Sequence record: AP029160.1
Length of the DNA: 64,000 bases
Direction: 5' to 3' (one strand)
From: a plasmid
A model generated the notes under the pieces. It did not search any database. It had not been told where the DNA came from and saw nothing but the letters and a program-made list of their open reading frames with translations. This document shows positions 50,547 to 62,763 of this stretch, piece by piece. The position numbers and the translations under genes were made by a program. Within the stretch, counting starts at the first letter, position 1. Every line of letters begins with the position of its first letter.

Positions 50547-53500
50547 AGTTTATTTTTTACATGCTTTGATATTTTGTCCAAGTTTAATTTTCCTTCTTTT
50601 TTAGTGAACTCGAAGCGACCAAATAAATTGATGTGCTGCCAAGCTACAGGAGACATGGATTTTATTATATCTTCATTCCATTTTCCGTGTGCCATTAAAT
50701 TTGAAAATATAGATTCATTATAATAAATAATACAAAGCGTAATAAAACGAGCACAAGCATCCCAGACTTGCTGTTCTTCTTCTGTTTTAAATTTTAATTT
50801 ACCAAAATTTGCATACCCAACCGCTCGCTTTAATTGATGATAGCTTTCAACTCTGTTTAAAGCTTTTTGTACACCTTGTCTGAGTTCTGACGAATCTAAA
50901 TAGTCAAGCAAATAGATGCTTTTTAGAATACGATTATATTCCCATAAAGCATTTTTTGTTTTACTTTTATGAGTATGCGAGCTTATCTTTGCTGTTATTA
51001 TGCTCTGTGTAGTTTTTTTTATGCCAAGAGAATCATAATTTTTTGAATATTTTCCCATTCTTCAATTATAATTCTTGTATTAAATCTCTTTTTTGGTCTT
51101 AAATTTAAATGACTATAATCGCTTATATTTTTAAAAGACCCTATGGAATCAGTAAAAACATCATAAAAATCTTTATATCGGGGAGCGAATTGGTACCCAA
51201 ATGTATACAAAATTGCAAAATTTACATCATTAGTTCCATGTGTATCTGTTGAAAAAACTTCAGGATGAACGTCGCTTTTATTGCTAGATATTATATCATA
51301 AACATGATGGCTTTCATGATCATTTGCGCTAATTATTTTTGAATTAGTAGGAAGGATATTACCAACCATTGAATATGAAACAATACCTTTTTTTCGACCA
51401 AAATATTTAGGTGAATGTCTTGCATTAATAGTTGATACTTTTACCTCAAACTTTTGACCATCTCCAGCAAAATGAGCTAGCGAATTAATATGATACTTAG
51501 AAAAAATTGGTGATTTATAAATTTCGTTTGTGATTTTATCACAAGCATCTTTCACTGTTTCTAAGCGAATAAAGTTTTTTAAAGATGAGTATAAATTATT
51601 GTAAGAAAGATCTGAAACATCAGAAATTTTTTTAATACCCATATTAGTAGCTATAGCAATAATACAAGCAGTTATTGATTTTATATCTGCTTCTTCCTTT
51701 GTAAATCGACATAAAATATGCTCGAAACAGTCCATAATATTTGCGTTTTTTATGGCAAAATATATAACATCAATAAGATCTATTTGCTCCAATGACTCAA
51801 ATAAGTATTGGTTTACATCCTCAGATGATGAAGGAGTTTTTACATTCCATCTTGATTTTTTTAATGTTTTATTTTGTTCAAAATATATATTTTCACCTTT
51901 TTCAATTTTATTGTTTACCGTTATTAATTTTTTTTCGTATATTTCTTTTAGTTCATTTAGATGCTTTTCTGGTTTTTTATTGAAATTCTTTAGACCTAAT
52001 TCATGTATAAAATTATCTTTATTTTCCCATTCTTTATTTGTAACTAATTCACTTGCTAGGCTTTTATATTTTACACTATCCGAACAGTAAATAGAACCTG
52101 ATTCTAAATTTTCACAAATAAGCATATAGATCAAATATTCACATCGATCATAGCTGACTTTATTGTCATTAATTATATATTTTAAAAATTTTTTCGGTAT
52201 AAAATTTTCCTTAAATTCAAATATATTATTTTTATCTAAGTTCTTTTTTGATATGTGATTTTTTAATATATTCAACGCTTCTATCAATTTTGAGTTTTTA
52301 GATAAAAATTCAAAATCTATATTCATAATAATTGGTCTTAAATTTTTTTTAATTTTTTGATTTATTATTTCTATATATTCCCATTCAAATTCACTTTTAT
52401 CAAAACTTGCTTTATTTTCAATATAATCAGCAACAACTGCTAAAAGATTTTCCCTCAATAACGTAAAGGCTCTACCTTTTGTTTTTAAAAAAGTTTCGCT
52501 TTCAGGTATTTTTTTATCTAAAAATATTTTTAATATTTTACCTGCTTTAGGTACGTATTCATTCCCTTCTATCTTGTATTCTAGTATCTTTTCATCTGCA
52601 TAAAGCTTATATTCCGCTTCAAATAAATTTAAATTATACTTTAAAGCATTAATCATGTTATCATTATATTTATGAAATCTATGAAATAAAAAACAAATTA
52701 TATATAATCTTACAATTTTTATATCTCGAATATTTAATCTATATACAGAGTAAAATTCAACTAAAGAAGCATAATATTTTATACTTTCATTTGAAATCAT
52801 AAGTCTTGGAATTAAATTTTTTATTTTTATATAAAATTTTCTTATTTTACTACCTCTTATTATTTCTTCTTTTATTTCACCATATTTGAAATCTTTTGGG
52901 CTATGTTTTAGTGATGTAATTTCATATGTTTTATCTTGTTTTAGTTGTATTAATTTATTTAACTCATTTGAAAATCCAATATCTATATTTTCTTCAATAA
53001 TATTTATCAATCTTGATTCTTCTGAAAGCAATATTTTGCTTATAAAATCTTGCATGTATGAATATCTTGGAATAATAATTTTATTTTCATCCAAGAAATT
53101 AAAAAGTTCTCGAAAAATGTATTTTTGTTTTGCACTTATTTTAACTAGATTTAGTGCCTTTTCCTCTAATATTTCTAAATCTTTTTTATCAAAGTATTTA
53201 TACTTGAAAATATCTAATATTGTTTTTTTATTTTCAGTTGATGTTATTTTACTTACATCTTGTATTTTTTTTATACTTAAAATACTATTCTTAAAATGTT
53301 TCTCAACAATAAATTTAATATCTTCTTCAACTTCATTTAATTTAAAAGAAAAAAATCTATATTTAAATTTGAAATATCCCAATTGTAAAATAAAATTAAT
53401 TTTTGAATTTAAAATTCTGAGTTTATTTAAAGCAATATTTTCCTTGTGTGATAAATCAAAATAGATTTCTCTTTCTTCATCTGAAAATAGTGGTCTTTCA

Positions 53501-53595
53501 TAAATTAATTTAATTTCATCAGGTTTAAGAATAGTGAGTCGATTTGAATGGTGCTCACTTTCTTCTTTGTATTCATCATCAATTTCCAAAAGCAA
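50543..53595 (-). pseudogene. tnpA: Tn3-family transposase TnpA, split by a frameshift into 858-aa and 171-aa ORFs
   Basis: N-terminal DUF4158-like region FILQLGYFKFKYRFF. The C-terminal ORF 50543-51058 (TKNALWEYNRILKSIYLLDYLDSSELRQGVQKALNRVESYHQLKRAV) is the TnpA tail in another frame, overlapping by ~40 bp. Confidence 0.7.
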
Positions 53596-53719
53596 ATTCC
53601 TTATTTATTTTCTTAAAAAGTGTACTTTATGAGACATGCCCATTGACGTGTCTCAATAAATGTCTCAAAATACAGTTCTCATAAAGTCAAAGACATTTCG
53701 AGACATATTGGGGGCAAAA
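53596..53719. promoter_or_regulatory. Candidate res site between divergent tnpA and tnpR
   Basis: Dyads such as TGAGACATGCCCATTGACGTGTCTCA and repeated GAGACAT motifs. Confidence 0.4.
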
Positions 53720-54274
53720 ATGAGCATGATTGGTTATGCAAGGGTAAGCTCCACAGGACAAAGTTTAGATATACAAATGGAAAAGCTAAAAAGTTGTCAT
53801 AAAATTTTTAAGGAAAAAATAAGTGCTTCTTCTACAAAACGGGAAAAACTTGAAGCCTGCCTTGAATATCTTAGAGAAGGAGACACTCTCGTTGTTACTA
53901 AGATTGATAGACTTGCTCGTTCGACATGGCATTTATGCCAAATTACGAATGAGTTAGTGCGAAAAAAGGTTAATCTCCAAGTTCTTGATCAAAATATTAA
54001 TACAAATGACTCTTCTGGACGCTTGCTTTTTAATATGCTTGGTGCAATTGCTCAGTTTGAAACTGAGATTCGTTTGGAAAGGCAGATCGATGGAATCAAT
54101 AGGGCAAAAAAAAATGGCGTGCATTTTGGCAGACAAAAAAAATTAAATCCAAAAATAATTTTAGAACTTCAAAGTAAAAGAATTCAGATGATAAAAATTA
54201 AAGACTTAATGAAAGAATATGGATTGTCAAAAGCTAGTATTTATCGATATCTTTCTATTGACTTAAATAATTAA
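53720..54274 (+). CDS. tnpR: Serine recombinase (resolvase/invertase)
   Basis: MSMIGYARVSSTGQSLDIQ catalytic motif and a C-terminal HTH. The ORF track begins earlier at 53660. Confidence 0.85.
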   Translation: MSMIGYARVSSTGQSLDIQMEKLKSCHKIFKEKISASSTKREKLEACLEYLREGDTLVVTKIDRLARSTWHLCQITNELVRKKVNLQVLDQNINTNDSSGRLLFNMLGAIAQFETEIRLERQIDGINRAKKNGVHFGRQKKLNPKIILELQSKRIQMIKIKDLMKEYGLSKASIYRYLSIDLNN

Positions 54275-54366
54275 AGATTTAGGTTTTTCAATTTATTTAT
54301 TAAAGATACTTTAGTTTTTTAATTAAATTAAAGAAACATTAAAATTAACCTAAAGAGGAATAGCTT

Positions 54367-54658
54367 ATGCCTGAAATTAAATATAGAGAGACTACGCTGG
54401 AAGATTCCGATCAAACGGCATTAATAATGAAAGAAAACTGGGGTGGTGAACCTCTAATAGTCAGGACTAGAAGTTATTTCCCTAGTAAATTAAACGGTAT
54501 TATTGCTCAATCAGGTGAAAAATGGATCGGATTTTTATTTTACGATATTCGAGGGGATGATTGTGAAATTATTGTCTTTGAAGTTTTCGAAAAGTTTAAG
54601 GGAATAGGAACAAAAATCTTAGAACAACTTATAACAATTGCTCAAAATAAACTCTGCA
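54367..54658 (+). pseudogene. GNAT acetyltransferase N-terminal fragment truncated by an IS6 insertion
   Basis: WIGFLFYDIRGDDCEIIVFEVFEKFKGIGTKILEQL (GNAT motif A). The frame runs on into the IS, producing a chimeric 345-aa ORF. Confidence 0.5.
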
Positions 54659-55478
54659 GGTTCTGTTGCAAAAAATATATAAGTGAGAGTGGAGTAACTT
54701 TTTTTTGGAGTTGTTTGAGGGGAGTGGCGATGGATTTCAAGTGGAAGCATACTGATCGTATGATTATCATAATGGCAATCCGTTGGTATGTAGGCTACTC
54801 CCTAAGTTATAGGCAAGTAGAAGAACTTTTAGCAGAGCGTGGTATTTTTGTAGATCACACGACCATTCATCGTTGGATTGTGGAATACAGTCCAAAATTA
54901 CTTAAGAAGTTTTATAAGCTTAGAAAGCGTATCTGTGGAAGTTGGCGAATGGATGAGACTTACATCAAAGTAAAAGGTGAATGGTGTTATCTCTATAGAG
55001 CCGTGGATAAGCATGGTCAAACGATTGATATTTACCTTTCAAAACGAAGAGATACAACAAGTGCCAAACGTTTTTTCCAAAAATGCTTTCGTTCTTCTGG
55101 AATCCCAGAAAAGGTAAATATTGATAAAAGTGGCTCTAATACGGCAGCATTAAAGGCTATCAACAAAGATCTTAAATCTGAAGATAAAGTTCTAATAAGA
55201 CAAAATAAATATTTAAATAACCTTGTAGAGCAAGACCATCGATTTATAAAAAAGAAAGTAAAGCCTATGCTTGGTTTCTTCTCATTGAAATCGGCGAGAG
55301 CTACTTTAGCAGGTATTGAACTCCATCATATGCTCAGAAAAGGGCAATTCAAATTTAAAAGTCATTTGCCTATTTGGGAGCAATTTTGCTCCCTCGCTGG
55401 ATAATTGCACCTACAGAGGACATTCTTGAAAAGTAACAACCCAATGTTTCGTGGCTTCTAATTATTTGCAACAGAACC
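54659..55478 (+). mobile_element. IS6-family (IS26-like) element, copy 1, 820 bp with 14-bp terminal inverted repeats GGTTCTGTTGCAAA; transposase CDS about 54730-55404
   Basis: Transposase MDFKWKHTDRMIIIMAIRWYVGYSLSYRQVEELLAERGIFVDHTTIHRWIVEY...DETYIKVKGEWCYLYRAVDKHGQTIDIYLSKRRD. Flanks ACTCTGCA / CTAGGGAC, so no target-site duplication. Confidence 0.9.
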
Positions 55479-55660
55479 CTAGGGACACCCCTAATAGGGA
55501 TGCCCTTTTTTTTGAGATCGGAATATTACACAAAAACACACGATATATCATATTAATATTATTAAATAATTAAATTTATTTATACTTATTTTAAATTTTT
55601 ATATTTAAATAAAATTTTATTCCGATAGGAAAATGTTCTTATAAAAAAGGAGACTCTCAT

Positions 55661-56428
55661 ATGTCTAAAAGGATAATCTTATTTACTTTTCTTTCTTTTA
55701 TCGTTTTTAGCTGCTCAAAAGGTGAAGGTGGAAGCATTGATAAAAATTCGTCAGATGCAACGGCTAATAACGATCTTTGTAAAATTCATTCAACAGCAAT
55801 AAATTCTAACGAAAAAATATCATATCAATACAATGCAATTAATTCACAATGGGAACTACTTCCAAGCTATCAAATTACACCTGATACAACACAAGTAAGT
55901 GGCACACCAATTCAATTAAGTCCAAACTCTCCAGAAATGATTATTAGTGGAAATGTTGGGCAAATTCCAAATGTCAACAATTTTATATCTTATACTTTAA
56001 GTAATAGTAATTTTGTTTATTTAACTAAATTACCTTCAATACCAACTGATAAAAGTATCGTTCAAGTAAATACAAACTCTAATTACATAGCAACAATAGA
56101 TTCAACATTATTTGGTGGTAATTTAGCTGACCTTAAAGGAAATGCTGGTAATTTATTTATCCATCATAGTGTAATAACTTCTCCACTCTATTTCATATAT
56201 GATCAAGCTTCACAGTCTTGGAGCCTTGTAAATAGTGTTTTAAATTTAATGGCAGGAAGTATTGCTCAATTGAATGGGCAATTACCAAGTGGAAACTTTA
56301 GTGCAATTAATTTTAGTTTATCTGCATATAGCTTTGTAACACCAGTGTATTTACCTAAAAATCCAATTGATAAAATGAAAATTAATATAATTAATAATAC
56401 GAATCAAAATGCGAATATTTGTTACTAA
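55661..56428 (+). CDS. Lipoprotein of unknown function, lying between two IS6 copies
   Basis: Signal/lipobox LSFIVFSCSKGEGG. Confidence 0.45.
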   Translation: MSKRIILFTFLSFIVFSCSKGEGGSIDKNSSDATANNDLCKIHSTAINSNEKISYQYNAINSQWELLPSYQITPDTTQVSGTPIQLSPNSPEMIISGNVGQIPNVNNFISYTLSNSNFVYLTKLPSIPTDKSIVQVNTNSNYIATIDSTLFGGNLADLKGNAGNLFIHHSVITSPLYFIYDQASQSWSLVNSVLNLMAGSIAQLNGQLPSGNFSAINFSLSAYSFVTPVYLPKNPIDKMKINIINNTNQNANICY

Positions 56429-56504
56429 ATTACAAATAAATTTTTGCAAATAATTAAGAGTTACGAATCAGAGGTGTGTTACTTTTCAATTAGGTTCCAT
56501 TTAG

Positions 56505-57324
56505 GGTTCTGTTGCAAAAAATATATAAGTGAGAGTGGAGTAACTTTTTTTTGGAGTTGTTTGAGGGGAGTGGCGATGGATTTCAAGTGGAAGCATACTG
56601 ATCGTATGATTATCATAATGGCAATCCGTTGGTATGTAGGCTACTCCCTAAGTTATAGGCAAGTAGAAGAACTTTTAGCAGAGCGTGGTATTTTTGTAGA
56701 TCACACGACCATTCATCGTTGGATTGTGGAATACAGTCCAAAATTACTTAAGAAGTTTTATAAGCTTAGAAAGCGTATTTGTGGAAGTTGGCGAATGGAT
56801 GAGACTTACATCAAAGTAAAAGGTGAATGGTGTTATCTCTATAGAGCCGTGGATAAGCATGGTCAAACGATTGATATTTATCTATCAAAACGAAGAGATA
56901 CAACGAATGCCAAACGTTTTTTCCAAAAATGCTTTCGTACTTCTGGAATCCCAGAAAAGGTAAATATTGATAAAAGTGGCTCTAATACGGCAGCATTAAA
57001 GGCTATCAACAAAGATCTTAAATCTGAAGATAAGATCTTAATAAGACAAAATAAATATTTAAATAACCTTGTGGAACAAGACCATCGATTTATAAAAAAG
57101 AAAGTGAAGCCTATGCTTGGTTTCTTCTCATTGAAATCGGCGAGAGCTACTTTAGCAGGTATTGAACTCCATCATATGCTCAGAAAAGGGCAATTCAAAT
57201 TTAAAAGTCATTTGCCTATTTGGGAGCAATTTTGCTCCCTCGCTGGATAATTGCACCTACAGAGGACATTCTTGAAAAGTAACAACCCAATGTTTCGTGG
57301 CTTCTAATTATTTGCAACAGAACC
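56505..57324 (+). mobile_element. IS6-family element, copy 2 (820 bp, direct orientation)
   Basis: Same terminal inverted repeats, ~98-99% identical to copy 1. Flanks CCATTTAG / CACTTATA. Confidence 0.9.
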
Positions 57325-58123
57325 CACTTATAAACCTAAAGATAAGGCCAAAGTAGAAGTCGGGGTACAAGTAGCACAACGCTGGATCCTTGCTAAACTC
57401 AGAAAACAATTATTTTACTCAATTCAAGACATTAATGAAGCCATCTCTCCATTACTTGAAGCTTTAAATCATAAAAAGATGAAACACTTAAATGTTTCTA
57501 GATATGAATTGTATGAGCAATATGAAAAAAACCAACTCAAACCCCTACCTAAAGAACACTTCGAATTATATGAGTGGCGAAAAGCAAAAGTAAATATAGA
57601 TTACCATGTCCAATTTGAGTGTAATTATTACAGCGTTCCTTGTCATTATGTACATAAAAATGTTGAAATACGAATAACAACTAATACAATTGAAATATAT
57701 TTATCTAATAAAATGATTGCCGTTCATAAAAGACTTTTTTTAGTTGGCAAATATTCAACATACAAAGAGCACATGCCTCAGTCTCATCAGAAACATGTTG
57801 AGTGGACTCCAGAAAGAATGTTGAAATGGGCCTCCAATATAGGAGTTTCAACAAAAACATGTTTTGAAATTATGATTTCCAGAACTCAACACCCAGAACA
57901 AGGATTTCGTTCTTGTCTAGGTATACTTCGCCTTGGCCAACAATATTCTAATCTAAGATTAGAAAACGCTTGTTTAAGAGCCCTAAATACCGACCAAGTG
58001 AGTTTCAAATCAGTGAAAAATATCTTAAAAAACAACTTAGATAAAATAATAATAACTGAAACAAAAAAGAATGTCATAAATATTGAACACGAAAATATAC
58101 GTGGTTCTGATTATTATAATTAA
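57325..58123 (+). pseudogene. istA: IS21-family IstA transposase, 3' portion only (5' part cut off by IS6 copy 2)
   Basis: The frame is open from the IS6 boundary (…KVEVGVQVAQRWILAKL…MKHLNVSRYELYEQYEK… to the stop at 58123). It matches the IstA C-terminal region. Confidence 0.55.
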
Positions 58124-58149
58124 TGTAATTAAAAAAAAGGATAAATAGC

Positions 58150-58907
58150 ATGTTGAATGCACAGATTATAGAGCAATTAAAAAAATTAAATTTAAATATG
58201 TTTATGCAAGAATTAGAAGAGCAAGAAAAAAATAATGGCTATAAAGTTCTTTTTCTGATAGATTATCACTTCTGCTACAAAGAGAAATCCTTGAAAGAGA
58301 AAATAAAAATATTAAGCGAAAAATAACAAATGCAAAATTAAAGCAAAAAGCAAGTCTAGAAAATATTAAAACCAGCCTGGAACGTGGATTAGATAAAACA
58401 GCTTTACAATCACTAAGTACCTGTGAATGGTTAAAAAGAAAACAGAATATCATAATTACAGGAGCAACAGGTGTAGGAAAAAGTTTTTTAGCTTCAGCAT
58501 TAGCAGAAAAAGCATGCAGATCTGGATTTCAAGCTAGATATTTTCGCTATCAAAGTCTTTTATCTGAGCTTACGTTTTCAGTTGCTGATGGTTCATTTAA
58601 AAACTACTTACTAAAACTAGAAAAATTAAATTTAATCGTAATTGATGATTGGGCTTTGCATTCTATAACAGAAATAGAACAAAAATATTTATTCGAACTG
58701 ATTGAAGCTAGAAGTGAAAATTCTTCTACAATTTTTGTCAGCCAAACACCAATAGCAAGTTGGCATTCTCTCATGCCTAATTCTACCATTGCAGACGCTA
58801 TTCTGGATAGAATTGTTCACACTGCGATAAGAATTGAACTCAAGGGGGAATCCATGCGGAAAAAATCAGATCATAAAATTGACGAGGAGACTGCGATTAT
58901 GAAATAG
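58150..58907 (+). pseudogene. istB: IS21-family IstB helper ATPase with a frameshift near 58235-58260
   Basis: N-terminus MLNAQIIEQLKKLNLNMFMQELEEQ in one frame, then SSFSDRLSLLLQREILERENKNIKRKITNAKL...ITGATGVGKSFLASALA (Walker A)...LIVIDDW in another. Confidence 0.55.
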
Positions 58908-59445
58908 AATCTTTGAGCAGAATCATAGCCTCTACGGATGCCGCTTTCAATCGGAAACCCGTACCGAATTCGATTGGAATTCACCACCGCTTTCAGCGGA
59001 ATATGCAATAATAACTAAAAATAATAAACTATACCTAGGAGAAAGTAAATATCATCATGATAGATACTATTATCAGGATGATGTTTTAAATAAAAGCTAT
59101 TACATAAATGATCATTCATATTTTAAATCAGAGAATTTTTTTATTGATAAAGAAAATGAAAAAATAACACTAAAATATAAATATACCTCACCTGTTTGGA
59201 TTGAAGAAAATAAAGTAAATGATGTAATAATTCATAATATAGAAAGAAATAAAAAAATGGCTTTTTTTATAAATAACTTATTTAATTAATTTTTAGTTTA
59301 ATCTTATTTAAATACGCATTCTCAACTCTTAAATGGCATATATAGTTCATTGAAATTTCGAAATAAATAATTTAAATTTAAAAATATCTAGAAAAAGAAT
59401 GCACATTACTAATATTTTAAATATTCAAGTTTTACAATTAAGAAT

Positions 59446-60251
59446 TCATTTTAAAGTTTCAAGTATATGATTTCTAGCTTGCTTTTGTATTGTAAATGCA
59501 TCAAGAATTAAATTTGATGCCATATAACTTTCATATTTATTACTTTCAAAAAATAAATTAAATAGATTTAGAGAAGTATAATACTCCGTATTTACTTTAT
59601 TAAGTGATTTTGCTCTATACAATATATCTCTTCCTGTTTTTAGCGCCCTTTTGCAAAACCTATCCCATTTTAAGTTTGCATTATGAATTGCATATTCAAC
59701 TTCCTTAGATTCTAAATAGTTTTTTCCTATTTTATGATAAGGATACATTGGGGCCCAAGATGCTGAAGATCCCAAATGCATTGATGAAGGAGGATATCCG
59801 TTTGCATGCATAAATAAACTACAGCCCAAACATGATGCAAGTTTTGTAGTTTTCTTACCTACAGCAATTTCATATGGCTTTGATTCATTTCCTTGTGCTA
59901 AGCTAATATAAATTCCCTGAACCATGCCATGAGTATAACCAACTATATCAGTTTCTATATTACCATCTGAATAAACTACGGAAGCCATACCTTCGATGAG
60001 ATAATCTTTATCATTTAAATTTTTTATTGACAGGATTCCCCAAGGAAGATTGTCAGGATAATTTTTTCTTTTTTTTGGATTCCATCTTTCTCCTCTAGAA
60101 ATTTTATATTCTCTATACATATCACTTATGAAATAATAGTTATCCCTAGGAATAGTAGTCCTTATAGTCGATGAATAAGAAGTTCGACCATTTTTGTGCA
60201 GCACACAGCCAGTATAAGCACCAATACCTTGATATCCAAAACTTTCATCCA
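59446..60251 (-). CDS. Hypothetical protein (probable start MDESFGYQ at 60251)
   Basis: The ORF-track version extends 47 codons further into the IS6 copy 3 terminus. Only the part outside the IS is taken as the gene. Confidence 0.35.
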
Positions 60252-60281
60252 TAGCAATTTCAATTAAATCTCTAGAAGGTG

Positions 60282-61101
60282 GGTTCTGTTGCAAAAAATA
60301 TATAAGTGAGAGTAGAGTAACTTTTTTTTGGAGTTGTTTGAGGGGAGTGGCGATGGATTTCAAGTGGAAGCATACCGATCGTATGATTATCATAATGGCA
60401 ATCCGTTGGTATGTAAGCTACTCCCTAAGTTACAGGCAAGTAGAAGAACTCCTAGCAGAGCGTGGTATTTTTGTAGATCACACGACAATTCATCGTTGGA
60501 TTGTGGAATACGTTCCAAAATTACTTAAGAAGTTTTATAAGCTTAGAAAGCGTATCTGTGGAAGTTGGCGAATGGATGAGACTTACATCAAAGTAAAAGG
60601 TGAATGGTGTTATCTCTATAGAGCCGTGGATAAGCATGGTCAAACGATTGATATTTACCTTTCAAAACGAAGAGATACAACAAGTGCCAAACGTTTTTTC
60701 CAAAAATGCTTTCGTTCTTCTGGAATCCCAGAAAAGGTAAATATTGATAAAAGTGGCTCTAATACGGCAGCATTAAAGGCTATCAACAAAGATCTTAAAT
60801 CTGAAGATAAAGTTCTAATAAGACAAAATAAATATTTAAATAACCTTGTAGAGCAAGACCATCGATTTATAAAAAAGAAAGTAAAGCCTATGCTTGGTTT
60901 CTTCTCATTGAAATCGGCGAGAGCTACTTTAGCAGGTATTGAACTCCATCATATGCTCAGAAAAGGGCAATTCAAATTTAAAAGTCATTTGCCTATTTGG
61001 GAGCAATTTTGCTCCCTCGCTGGATAATTGCACCTACAGAGGACATTCTTGAAAAGTAACAACCCAATGTTTCGTGGCTTCTAATTATTTGCAACAGAAC
61101 C
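60282..61101 (+). mobile_element. IS6-family element, copy 3 (820 bp, direct orientation)
   Basis: Same terminal inverted repeats. Flanks AGAAGGTG / GTTATACT (no target-site duplication). Confidence 0.9.
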
Positions 61102-61167
61102 GTTATACTTAGTCCATTTATTTCAGGAACTATAGAACCATGGGAAAATATACAAATTTGTATAACA

Positions 61168-61794
61168 TTGCTGTGTTTAATGGAACAAAGCAGAATATTT
61201 GAGCCATGCTTTATAAGATATATTTCAAGTTTAGATAAGCCATATAGTTGTAGCGAAATAAGTCCAGAAAAGGCAATTCCTACATTACCAGTTTTATACA
61301 AGGATATAAATAGTCTTTTAAAAGAAATCCAAGCATTTCAAACAAAAAAAATTATGGATGATATGTCTGTACGATCCGCTTTTAGTTGGTTTCATCGATC
61401 ACTTAATGTCAATGATGACAACTTTAAATTTCTTTCAGCTTGGATTGCTTGCGAAACTATAACAAAATCTAAAGAAACTAATGTAAAAAAAATTGTAAGA
61501 TCTCTTCATGAACATTTAATAAATGATTCTAGTTTTTATCAATATAACAATGAAAAAGAAGCAAAAGAGTACCTTTTACTTGGTCGATTGCATGGCATTC
61601 GGGGCGCAATTACTCATACTGGAAATGAAAATATTATTAATAATCTCTTTATAACATATGTACAATTATTATTTGCTGAAATGGTCTTTGCTTATTATAA
61701 ATTACCACCAACGAAATTAATTTATTATTTTTTAAAGGATAATCGTTCAAATTTATGTTCACTTCTTCAGCAACATAAAGCGATTAAATGCTAA
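61168..61794 (+). CDS. Hypothetical protein
   Basis: 208-aa ORF. Confidence 0.35.
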   Translation: MLCLMEQSRIFEPCFIRYISSLDKPYSCSEISPEKAIPTLPVLYKDINSLLKEIQAFQTKKIMDDMSVRSAFSWFHRSLNVNDDNFKFLSAWIACETITKSKETNVKKIVRSLHEHLINDSSFYQYNNEKEAKEYLLLGRLHGIRGAITHTGNENIINNLFITYVQLLFAEMVFAYYKLPPTKLIYYFLKDNRSNLCSLLQQHKAIKC

Positions 61795-61843
61795 TGAAAA
61801 CTCTTAAATTGTATTATTCAATACTATAGCAGCATTCTCATAT

Positions 61844-62209
61844 TTAATCATTTCGAGAGAAAAAGGCAAAGAAGATCGGTACCTCACTTAGTCTAACCGA
61901 TTCTAGTCTCAAGGGCTTTGGGAATAGTCCAATTGTCTTTGGGAACTGACATACTGGTAATATAATTATTGCTAAAATAGCAATTAAAAGTGGGCATAGA
62001 TAAAAAGATGAATTATGAAGTTTCTCAATTTGACAAATTTTTTTATCAATATCTAAGCCAGAAAATATTATTAGAAAAAATTTCCAGTTAACAACTATAA
62101 AAAAAATAGAATAGTTAATAACTAATTTATTAGTAAGTCTTTCATCAATGATTTTTTTTGCAATATCTGTTAATTCAACTTTAGAATTTAACTCCATAGC
62201 TATCCTCAT
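61844..62209 (-). CDS. Small membrane protein (its 3' end is probably over-extended into a repeat element)
   Basis: The N-terminal 90 aa are hydrophobic. The C-terminal ~35 aa are a translation of the 61916-61952 repeat. Confidence 0.3.
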   Translation of the reverse strand: MRIAMELNSKVELTDIAKKIIDERLTNKLVINYSIFFIVVNWKFFLIIFSGLDIDKKICQIEKLHNSSFYLCPLLIAILAIIILPVCQFPKTIGLFPKPLRLESVRLSEVPIFFAFFSRND

Positions 62210-62763
62210 AATTTAATATTATTTATTAAATTATGATTATATTAAAAAAATATTGATTTTATCGTCAAAATATTTCTGAGTACTTGTTTAAAAAATCTTA
62301 AGTTGCAAATTAAATTTTTAGTATGAGTTAGCAGTCAATTGACTGCTAAGAAATTTGATTTTTTAGCTCTTCTGAAATATTTTAAAGACTTACTGAACTA
62401 GGCTTGTGGTCTAAAAATAAAATTTAGATTGTGAACAAGTTAAAGCTTCTTGAAACGCTCGTCTCTAGCATTAGGGGTAATCTGCAACAAGGGTACTTCT
62501 ATGTAAGTATTTTTTTTGATAGCTCATCTGCCAAGTGCGGGGGTTCCTGAATATTCAGGCCAAAAGTCTAACAAAGAAAAAGTTATCATTGCATTTCAAT
62601 GGTAACTCTTAAAAACCGAAAAAACATTATCCTACTTTTTCCCTTTTTCGTTCCAACCACTTTTTAGCCCTCCTTGTGCAAAAAATTTTTCTAACATAGA
62701 ATGCATACCATTGTAATTGTTACAAAATAGAAAATTTTTTTTGCACACAAAAGGAGGAATTTT

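Noticed and set aside
54367-55404. 345-aa ORF that looks like a GNAT-transposase fusion protein
   Set aside because: It is a chimeric read-through created by IS6 insertion into a GNAT gene. The transposase has its own start at about 54730.
59446-61301. N-terminal 47 aa of ORF 59446-60393 and ORF 60993-61301
   Set aside because: Both run into IS6 copy 3 and translate its terminal sequence. Flanks on the two sides of the IS are not contiguous (no target-site duplication), so I did not join them into one disrupted gene.
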